From Yuukianura sp. NJ FZ-2021 (lineage: Eukaryota): DNA of 64,000 nt. The notes under the pieces were generated by a model. It was not told where the DNA came from. It worked only from the letters and a program-made list of their open reading frames with translations, and did no database searches. Made by a program: the position numbers and the translations under genes. Within the stretch, counting starts at the first letter, position 1, and every line of letters begins with the position of its first letter. The DNA is taken from assembly GCA_046563655.1 (NCBI GenBank), contig CM102284.1, positions 1,736,001 to 1,800,000 on the forward strand. The letters run 5' to 3'. Shown here one piece after another: positions 26,901 to 37,300 of the stretch.

Positions 26901-28905
26901 CTCGGTGTATCATTGTGCCTGAAGATACCTTGAATCTCATGTGTCAACCCAACGCCGACGTCTTACCTGAGCAGCGACAGTGTTGCCGTGGGTTTCATTT
27001 AGTAGCAACTTACTAAACTAACCACGGTAGGTTGATTACTTACCTTTTGTCTTTTTGTTTAGCCAACTGTCGCGATTTTGTCAACCCAAGAGGACCCAGT
27101 TGCTATGAGCCCGAGCCATACTTGATATGGTCATCGTACATGCAAGTTCGTGGTCTCGGTCAGAAGGAAACGCCTGGTATAGGACAGGATTTGCTCGCCA
27201 TGTCCGTCAACGGGCTCTTCTTCGGTATGCTTCTCCTCATTATCGAATATGGACTCATCCGGAAACTGTTTTCGCTCATGTCCAAAACGGATCCGGCGCC
27301 ATTTGAAAACAACAGTCTGTTTGACGAGGATGTGTTGTTGGAAAAACAACGAGTGATGGATCTCGTCAACACTGGTAAGTATCTCTTAGGTTATTACTAT
27401 TTATTTTGTTTTATTACTTATTTATTAGTTTATTTTAATGTTATTTTATTTGTTGTGAATAAGCTATATACGGTCAATTTGGTTTCGTTTAGCTCGGACA
27501 GGTGAGGATGCATTGGTGGTTGACAATCTATGCAAAAGCTACGGATCCTTTGCAGCAGTATCGGGACTCACGTTTGGAGTTCACTACGGAGAGTGTTTCG
27601 GGCTGGTGAGCGTAGTATTAAATAATATTATATAATATACAAATAGTAAAATTAAACCAGTGAATTTAACTATTTTAGTTGGGGGTGAATGGAGCTGGAA
27701 AGACGACGACATTCCGAATGTTGACGGGAGACGAATTTCGATCTTTTGGAAACGCCTACAGCAATGGCTTAGATCTGGATAGCGATCGCTCTGATTTTTT
27801 GCGGCAGATCGGCTACTGTCCCCAGTTTGACGGAATCATTGGAGTTCTCACGGGCAAGCAAATGGTGGACCTTTTTGCACGTCTGCGCGGTGTCCGTCCA
27901 TCACGCGTTCTGTTTGAGACACACAAATGGCTGTCACGACTTGGTCTTGCAGACAGCAGCAATGTACAATGTCAGAAATACAGCGGTGGAATGAAACGAC
28001 GGTAAGCATATGCTGTTTTTTTTTATATTTTATATTTATTAATTTTTTCCAACACCTTTTCATTTGGCAACTTTTTGCAAATTCCAGATTGTGTGCTGCG
28101 ATTGCTTTGGTTGGAGACTCTCGCATTGTTCTGTTCGACGAACCTGTGAGTTCATACTCTAACAAAAATTAATTGTGTGTAGGAGATGCGTCTTAGTCTT
28201 AAGTGTCTTACTGAATTTTTTTTTCGTTTCAGACCAGTGGTGTTGATCCTATTGCCCGTCGTCAGTTCTGGAAGGTCATTGACTCTGTGCGGTCAACCGG
28301 CCAAGCCGTCATTCTAACTTCTCACAGGTACATACAAGATTTAAATAAAAATTGAATCAAAAGATTTGAATTTGAAATGTTTTACTTTTTCTCGTTTTTT
28401 GTTTTCCAGCATGGAGGAATGCGAAGTTCTTTGTTCCAGACTTGGAATTATGGTGAACGGGCAGTTCCAGTGTTTCGGAGGAGTTCAGCATCTAAAAGCC
28501 AAGTATGGACAGGGCTACCGACTCGTCATCACTCTCTCTGAAAACTTCCAAGAGGAAAAAGTGGACAAACTCTGTGTACAAATTGGTACAACCGTTGGCC
28601 TGTGTTTTGTTCGGGAAAGACACCAGGTATTTGACGAACTCAGGAGATCAGTTCGAGGTTTGTATTACTGAACGTCCACTTTTGTTCAGCGGATGCTGGA
28701 GATTCAAGTGGTGGAGCCACTTGGGTGGGGCGAAATATTCCGGCGCATGGAAAATGTGAAACAAGCATCCAAAAAGTTGATTGACGACTACTCAATTACG
28801 GAAACGTCGCTGGAGGAAGTATTTTTGGGGTTTGCACGCTTGCAGTACCCTGAGCGATCTGTGGAGGTGTCTGGCTGCAAGAAGTGCATTACGTGTCAAT
28901 GCTGA
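20948..28905 (+). CDS. ABCA: ABC transporter subfamily A, paralog 3 (multi-exon)
   Basis: [18 protein letters not shown]; both NBDs have Walker A/B and signature motifs; C-terminal ETSLEEVFL...CKKCITCQC; stop TGA ending at 28905. Confidence 0.95.
21489..21621. mobile_element. Small MITE-like inverted repeat in ABCA paralog 3 intron 2
   Basis: atgtatcctaaagaacggcact...gaattc-A-run-cacgcgaata pairs with tattcacgcgaa-T-run-gaattc...agtgccactctttaggatacat. Confidence 0.65.
25395..25552 (+). repeat. Coding 24-nt tandem repeat (VTVTTPGN type) in ECD2 of ABCA paralog 3
   Basis: [52 protein letters not shown]. Confidence 0.85.
25945..26178. mobile_element. Degenerate MITE-like inverted-repeat element in ABCA paralog 3 intron (orthologous to 36907-37232)
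   Basis: ...cgcaaaagtctcacatccccccaact pairs with agttgggatgatttgagatttttgcaaaaacg...cgctggtcgctca. The right end is the near reverse complement of the left end of the paralog 4 copy. Confidence 0.65.
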
Positions 28906-29124
28906 AAAGCATTCTGTTCAAGAACATCGTTAAACAGCATGTACTTCCAAACTTCGCACTGAATCTGTGATAGTGATATTCCTACTGTGCAAAATTATTC
29001 ATTTTCTGATCTGTTTGTTCTGCTTGATTTTTAATCTGCTGTTGACATTGCAATGTTTATGTATTTTTTTTACTAATTTATCAGCATGCTTTTATAAAAT
29101 TCTTTTGATTTCAAATTGCTTTTA

Positions 29125-29410
29125 TTTCGCTTGTGCATAAAAAGTGTCAATTTCTCGCTTGAAATCTTCTTTGTGACGAATTTCTGCTGCAATTGCAAGG
29201 CGCATATCTATTAAATAACCTCATCCTAGAGTTGCGTACTGTCTGTTTTTGATAAGTTTTCCCACACTCCGCCGTCTCTCATTGGCTGGTGAAGGTCAAG
29301 AGTTATCTTTGGGGGCGGTGAGACTAGAAACAAATTGTCTGTTATTTTGACCAAGAAAACACCGAGAATCGGTACATGACGACATCCAGAGACTGCAGTG
29401 CGGAGAGAAA
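29125..29410 (-). pseudogene. Truncated, internally deleted relic of the convergent gene at 40149-43416
   Basis: 29125-29355 aligns to 40150-40400 (atttcgcttgtgcata...tttctcgcttgaaatcttct...ctgctgcaattgca; tttgataagttttcccacactccgccgtctc). 29360-29410 aligns to about 41260-41310 (ggtacatgacgacatccagagactgcagtgc). Confidence 0.8.
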
Positions 29411-30079
29411 CTGTGAAGTTATTATTAAGTTACTTTTAGTAGCTTCGTACATGAACTGTGTTATATTTACTCGCTTAAATTAGTCAAGATCTGCTGTTGA
29501 CATTCCAATGAATTATTATTTAGGAATTGAGTGATTCTGAGTTGAGTATTTTTTCGTTTGAATTGTACGTAAAAAAATCTGGCTGTGAAAACAAAAATTC
29601 AGGCTTGAATTGCTCGTGTTCTCTGCCCTGAGGCTGGATTACTGTCCCGATTTCGTCGTTTTGGAATTTGGATTTGTTACCATGTGAACAAGTTTGTCTC
29701 TAGTTTGATGTTTGTTGACAGCAAGTTCGAGATCTCCGTAATTTCGTATGTATTTGCACTGAATTCATTTTAGGAGTAGTGGGCAGGCGCAGGACGTCTG
29801 TCTATCAATCCCGTGACATTTTGCAATTCTGTAGTTCCGACGAAGAAAGACGTACCTCAAAACGCGATGACGACTTGCGTTGCCAAGAAAAAACGTAAAC
29901 AAAATTTAACGAGAGTCGGCAAAAAAAATTACCGAATTCATCTCCGGCATATTTCTTAAAAGATTCATGTTATGATCTTGAGTGTCTGTCTGTGCGTCAT
30001 TATGTTTGGGCGGGCTCTGTCAGCGTTGGAATAACCCAGGGGAAATTTTTTTAAAATGATGAAGTAATAATGTTACGAA

Positions 30080-30763
30080 TGTGTGCGCAGCTGCGCAGTT
30101 TGTGCACAGTTGCGCAGTTTGTGCGCAGTTTGTGCGCAGTTGCGCTGTTGCGCAGTTTGTGCGCAGTTTGTGCGCAGTTTGTGCGCAGTTGCGCTGTTGC
30201 GCAGTTTGTGCGCTATTGCGCAGTTTGTGCGCAGTTGCGCAGTTTGTGCGCAGTTTGTGTGCAGTTGCGCAGTTTGTGTGCAGTTGCGCTGTTTGTGCGC
30301 AGTTGCGCAGTTTGTGCGCTGTTGCGCAGTTTGTGCGCAGTTGCGCAGTTTGTGCGCAGTTGCGCAGTTTGTGCGCAGTTGCGCAGTTTGTGCGCTGTTG
30401 CGCAGTTTGTGCGCTGTTGCGCAGTTTGTGCGCAGTTGCACAGTTTGTGCGCAGTTTGTGCGCAGTTGCGCAGTTTGTGCGCAGTTGCGCAGTTTGTGTG
30501 CAGTTGCGCTGTTTGTGCGCAGTTGCGCAGTTTGTGCGCAGTTGCGCAGTTTGTGTGCAGTTGCGCAGTTTGTGTGCAGTTGCGCTGTTTGTGCGCAGTT
30601 GCGCAGTTTGTGCGCTGTTGCGCAGTTTGTGCGCAGTTGCGCAGTTTGTGCGCAGTTGCGCAGTTTGTGCGCTGTTGCGCAGTTTGTGCGCTGTTGCGCA
30701 GTTTGTGCGCTGTTGCGCAGTTTGTGCGCTGTTGCGCAGTTTGTGCGCAGTTGCGCAGTTTGT
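30080..30763. repeat. Complex micro/minisatellite of interspersed GCGCAGTT (8 nt) and TGTGCGCAGTT (11 nt) units
   Basis: Directly visible, about 680 bp, with variants gcgctgtt and tgtgtgcagtt. Confidence 0.95.
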
Positions 30764-31352
30764 GATCGTTAAATCTTACCCTTTTATATACATTAGAAAT
30801 AAATATTTACATATGCACAAACAAAAAATTACTAATAGTGAAAGTCGCTGATGCCCTTCCAAAATCAAGTGCATTCTAGGAATATAAATTCCAAACCCCC
30901 ATTCCCCTGCCGCAGTCGTCCCATGGTAATCCCCATTTTCCCCGTTTTTCGCGGAGTGGGGAAAATGAGGTGGGGTGGGGATAGTGCCATATAATTTTGA
31001 GTTCTTTTTTAAAATGTCATTGAAAATTTTCAATGCACTTATAAATGCAAGTTTTCCCGTGATTATCTCTCATGAATAAAAAAAAAACTTTGTACTTTCG
31101 CTACTTTGCTAATTAGGACGTTTTTAAGGCGAAAAAGTTACTTGCGCCACCGCTACTTTCTTAACACGATTTTTGTTTGCATTTTTTAAATCGAAATCGG
31201 CAGACATTTTTAATTCCGAGTTTTGGCGAAATTTGTTTACTTTTTTCGTCTCCAAGGGAAAAAAAATTTCAAAATCCGAGTTACGCCCTTCTTCGTTGGG
31301 ACTATTCAATTTAAGTTTGGCGTTAAGTTTCGCCTAACAGCACAATACCATA

Positions 31353-34300
31353 ATGAACAAGATTCTGCTGCTACTATGGAAGAACCTTCTGTTCCGACGA
31401 CGCCATTATATCGTCACTGCACTCGAGATCATCCTTCCAACACTCATGGCTGTCATTTTTGCTATTATCAACTACCAATACTACATGGCGCTACAAAATG
31501 ACCCTGGTCCGAGAAGTGGTGCTAGATATGATGGCGTGAACCCTAACGTGCCCACTTTCTACCCAGTTGTTACTGAGGGGGTTCGTTTTCTCTACTAAAT
31601 CTATCAACAGATTACATTATATTGCACTAATCCCTTAAAATTACTAATATTTGGTCCTATTTATTAATCAGGAATTGTTCAGTAGCAGTGTCGTAGCTCT
31701 TTCCAGAGATTATGACGGTTCTAGTTATGAAAGTGCTCCATTTTTGGCTTTCACTCCCAACACTACCACCATAAACAGCATCATGACCAAGGCCAAGGTA
31801 TACTTGGGAGAAAACGCCAATTTTGGTAATTAAGTAAAAGCAAAACACTTTGTCGGAATTCCCGAATTTCTTAAGTATTATAATGTTCGTTTTTTTTAAG
31901 ATTTGATGGGATTTTCGACCGAGACGGACGCCGAAAAGTACATGGCAATTGCCGCAGGCAAGAAAAAAAAAGAAACAAAGATGGTCAAAGCCGTAGTTGT
32001 CTTCACGTCTAAATGGAACAATGCCTCACATCCTGGAGACGTCGTTGCATACAAGATTCGTGTTGTGGATAATGTTCATCTGGAAAACACAGATTCCCTT
32101 TTCAAGTTGATCCAAAGCCCTGGACCAGCAGATAAATGTAAACAATTTATTGTAGTTTGTTCTCAACTGAAATTATAGACAATTTAGATCAATCATTCCT
32201 ACTTTGATAGACTATCAACGTCAGTACCAAGAGTCTGGTTTCACTGGACTCCAAATTGCAATCGAGAAGGCACTTATTTGGATTTTGACTCGACAGGAAC
32301 CTACACTGCAAGTAAGTTACATGATGTAAACTCGTTTTTCAAAATTGAAACAAAAATTATTTAAAAAAAAAGAGAAAGAAAAGTATAACTCTGTTCGAAT
32401 TGTAGATCCAAACACAGATAATGCCTTATCCGCCGTTCAACAATAGCAGCGGTGGCAACCCTCTCATCGCCGCTCTTATATCCAGCATTTTGATACTCGG
32501 ATTCATCTTCATTGTGCCGTCCGTAATTCGGAACGTCGTGTCTGAAAAAGAAACTGGAATCAAGGTTTGTACTTTTAGTTGACTCTTTTCGGCAAATGAT
32601 TTTGAAAATGAAAAAAATATTGCATAGTTTTCATGTTTTTTTTTATATAACTTCAACAGGAGTTGATGAAAATGATGGGGATGCCGAATTGGATGCACTG
32701 GTTGGGGTGGATGCTGAACTCTATGCTACTTCTCACCATCAGTATCTCCATCGTCATCTTATTTTTATTTGTGCCCTTTAAACCCGCCACCGGAGTCATT
32801 GAATATGGAGACCCCTCGCTTTGGTGGTTCGTATGTTTCTTGTTCGCAATGGCCACCACCGCATTCTGCTTCCTCGTGTCCACATTCTTTCAGAAGCGTA
32901 AGTAAAACCTCTTTAAAAAATGGTTTGTTTCCTAGGGTTCCCTGAATCAAACAGTACATAAACGAAACATACGTTTTAAACGTCGTTTGAAACGCAGAGA
33001 AAAAAAAAGATGTACGTCTTTTCCGTTGCTTTGAAAGATGCTAGTAATTACTCGAACTTTTTTTTTATCGTTTTCTACTTTTAAAGCAAAACCGACAGTT
33101 TTTCAACACTTTGCTCTGTTTTACCTTTCGGGAGTGAGTCCAATATTCATTTTACTGGTATAGCGTAAGTTAAATTGAAAGCAAAATACCTGTCAAACGG
33201 TGTAATAACAGTAACGTGATTAAGACCGGTAAAAGACGAGCGTTTAGAACAAAAAAGACGTATGTAGTATGTTTCGTTTTTTTTTCCAAAAAGAGGTTTT
33301 TTTCGAACCCTGGTAGATTTATAGATTGCTTTAATTTTCAGCCGCGCTGGGAATAACATTCGGATTTGTGATCTATCTGGCGACGTACTTTGGAACTACG
33401 GTGCCCATGGAAATGAAGTACAATGTGCTGACGCTGCCTCAGATACTGGCTTCAGCTCTCTTCCCGCATGTGGCTTTGCACTGGGCTTTCAAAGTTATGT
33501 ACGGTTTTGAGGGGCAGGGTAAGTCACTTTCCGTAACTCAATTATCAATCAATCTGGTCAAGCTTTTCACGAAAATTGTTTTTCTATTTTAGCTGTTGGA
33601 GCGCAGTGGCGTAATTTGTTTAGGCCCTTGGTTTCTACGGATCAGCTGTGCGTCGGATACATGTGCCTTATGCTCATCCTCGATATTTTTTTGTTCATGA
33701 TGCTTACGATTTACTGTGAGAACGTGATTCCATCCGAATACGGACTTCGAAAACCGGTTTACTACATTTTTCAGGTAAAACATTAATAATCAGCTGCGGT
33801 TGTTTCTATTTAAAATTGCGGGAGATTTTGTCTTTGATGTTTTTCAATAAGTCAGTTGGAAATCCAGATCAGCGACTGTAATTATAGCGATCTGTAATCC
33901 GCGACTTTGTTCTTTTTTTTTAGTGGTCTTGCCCCAAAAACCGTCGGCAAGATGGAGATGAAGAAACTGAGGCAGAGATAGAAACTCCTTCATCTGAACC
34001 ACGACTGGGGGAGAGCGATGGATTCGAAGCCGAACCAGATGACCTTCCTGCTGGTATCGTGATAAAGGATCTGAGAAAAGAGTTCGGGAGGCACAAAGTA
34101 GCGGTTGACATGGCGGGAACTTTGAAAATGTACGATGGACAAATCACGGCACTCCTGGGTCACAACGGAGCCGGAAAAACCACTACACTTTCCATACTCA
34201 CAGGTAAATCCAAATCTGCTGATCGTAATTACTCAATCGGCCTTTTGTCAATTCTTGTTACTAATTCAATCTCTGTTGCAGGTTTGTTTGCTCCAACAAG

Positions 34301-37300
34301 TGGGACAGCTACCGTGAATGGCTTCGATATAAAGGATGACATGGATAAAGTTCGTGACAATCTTGGTCTCTGTCCACAGCACAACATGCTCTTTGCCAAA
34401 TTAACTGTCAAGGAACATCTCGTCTTTTTTGGGATCGTAAGTAGTTGTACACAAATTAAGTAGTTGTACACAAATATAACAAATGATAATATATTTTCAT
34501 TCCATCTATGATTTGTACATTTTCAGTTGAAGGGATTGAACTGTGCGGAAGCAAAGGAAGAAACTACGTCTCTGCTGGAGAAATTGCACTTGACTGACAA
34601 GACGACGACATTGTCAGAAAAACTGTCTGGAGGGCAGAAGCGGAAAGTTTGTCTAGGCATGGCTCTGATCGGTGGTACAAAAGTTGTCGTTTTGGACGAA
34701 CCTACTTCGGGAATGGATCCAGAGACACGTCGAGCTGTTTGGGATCTGTTGCTGGTAAATCTGTTTGGTTTTTTTAAAATGGTTTTCTTACAGTTTTGTG
34801 TGTGAATTTTTGTGTAGGCATTGCGTGGCGAGAGGACAATTGTATTGACTACACACTTCATGGAAGAGGCAGACGTGTTGGGTGATCGAATCGCAATCAT
34901 GGCAGAGGGCCAGGTCAAATGCTGCGGCACGCCAAACTTTCTTAAAAAATTCTACGGTAAACTTTATTCTCACAAGGCGTATAATTAATTACTAACTGAA
35001 AATTAAATATTATCTTCTTTTTTATGACTTAGGTGTGGGATACACGTTGAAAATTACCGTGGCTGACCCTGCAGTTGTACCCAACGTTTTGGAGTTGATT
35101 CAAAACGCAATTCCAACAGCATCACGCAAGAAGACACAGAGTGGAAATGCTGCCGAACTGGATGTGACGATTCCAACCGAGGAGAAACCGAATGCAAAGT
35201 TTCCAGATCTTTTCTCGTCGTTGGAAGGGGAGGCGGAGAGCCTTGGAATTCAGACGATTGGTCTTTCCCTTGCCACGATGGACGACATATTCATCAAGTG
35301 CGCTCACTGGGAAAAACTTGAAAATTGTGTTTAAGATTAAACTTTAATCACTTTACTTCGTTTAATTACAGAGTAGGGGAGAACAGCGGACTTGAAGAAG
35401 CCCAAGGAGAGGACAGTGCTGAAAACGGTGGAAACAATATGGAAAATTATTTTGAAATGTGAAGCGATCTCGAAAGTGAAACTTGAGTTTGAAACGGTTT
35501 TTGAATTTGTAGCGGTTGACCTGGACAGTCATGAGCGTCTGACGGGGCTGATGCTGGGGCTGCAGCAGTTCTACGGTATTTTCTTCAAACACATGATGTC
35601 CACGCTGAAGAAACCGAAAGTTTTACTCGCTCAGTTTCTGATACCACTGGGTTTCCTCATTCTCTGCATTTTCATAAGCAACATGACCTTCACTCCTGAA
35701 AAACCAGCGCCACCATTGACCATGGATCTTAATATGTACGAAAATCCCGTCACTTACTACAACAAATCTACTTCGTCACCGGTAACGGACTGCCCACTAC
35801 TACCAGGGAGGAAAACCCCGTATGGAGCTATGGGTGTTTCACCCCGTCCAGGCGCGAAGCGCCTGGACCACCCCCCCACCCCCTTGCCAACGTTTTTGGT
35901 AAAATTCCTACAAAAACTAGCGCGAAATGGCGGTTCGGTACCTAAAAATCTAAATTTTATTGCGTTTTTTGCTCAAATACATCGATTTTAAGCCGAAATC
36001 CGCCTCCAAACCGCGTTTTTGTTTTGAAAAACTAAAAATTTCATACGTTTTTGAGGGTGCCAAGTACCCCTCTCCCACCCAACCCCCCTGCCAATCTCGG
36101 CGACCACCCCCTCCAGAATTTCTGAGGTTTTCCTCCCTGACTACTACACTGTAGAGTTTGCGTAGTTACTAAGCTGAAGTATGTGCTTTGTCTGACAGCA
36201 TCTGAGCCCTGCCTACAAGGAAGTTGTGGGCAAGTCAGCTCATTTCGTGAACAACTTAACGACTGCGTTGCTGGAATTCGGAAAGCGAGACATCGCGGCA
36301 TACCGGGAGCAGGCCGTCGTAGCAGGAGAATTGAACTCTGTGAGACCGGAGGAAAGCGTGACTGTGACGACAACGACGAAAAGAGTGACTATGACAACGC
36401 CGGACAGCGTGACTGAGACAACGACGCAAAGCGTGACTGTGACAACGCCGGGCAATGTGACTGTGACATGGCCGGACAACGTGACTGCCCTCTACTCAAC
36501 CATTCCGTACCACGCTGCTCCGCTGAGTGTCAATTTGATGTCGAACGCAATTCTGCGAACAATGAGCGGATCTCGTCATTATAGTCTCCAAGTGACGAAC
36601 CATCCTTTGAAAAGTGGGAGGTGGGATGTGAGTGACAAACGTTCTAGAATCGGCATACGTATTTCGGACTATTTTATACGGGTTGGTAGTCAATTTCATT
36701 GTGCTTCTGTTTGTTTGATTAGGTTAGGTGGGGTGCTGGTGGACCCAACGACGGTGGTCATGCAACTAAGTTGGCCATAGCTTTTGGTGTTTTGATTCCA
36801 ATTGGCCTTGCTCTCTGGGCTGCTTCTTTTATCGTGTCTCCAGTGGAAGAGAGACAGTGCAAAGTACTATTTCTTGAAACCTAACCTGAAAAAAACAATG
36901 GAGTTTTGAGCGATCAGCGAAAAAAAAAGCGAACGTTTTTGCAAAAATCTCACATCACCCACCCCAACGTGTTTACAAATTCTTTGAACAGTCTAAAAGA
37001 AGGCAATTAACTAACAAAGTTAAGCATATTTAAAATTAATTTATAGATAAATTTAAAAAACAGATTACGTTCAAAATTGACTTTTCAGTTTTTTTAAATG
37101 TCATTTTTTAAATTAATTTGACACATTTTAAACTTTGTTAAATTATATTGTTCAAACAATTTCGAATGTAGTTGGGGCGGGCGATGTCAGATTTTTGCAA
37201 AAACGTTCGTTTTTTTTTTCATTGATTGCTCAGTGGAAAAACTACTAAACTACATTGTTTTTTTCACGCTACATTGCTATGAATAGCATGTTGACAGAAG

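Noticed and set aside
30080-30763. CRISPR-like array
   Set aside because: There are no unique spacers or cas genes, and the context is eukaryotic.
30070-30851. Long Cys/Ala/Val-rich ORFs in three + frames and one - frame, superficially metallothionein- or keratin-like
   Set aside because: They arise from a stop-free satellite with 8- and 11-nt units that do not preserve frame. There is no signal peptide or splice context.
35392-36154. Pro-rich ORF extensions in ABCA paralog 4
   Set aside because: Read-through into an intron containing the hAT MITE.
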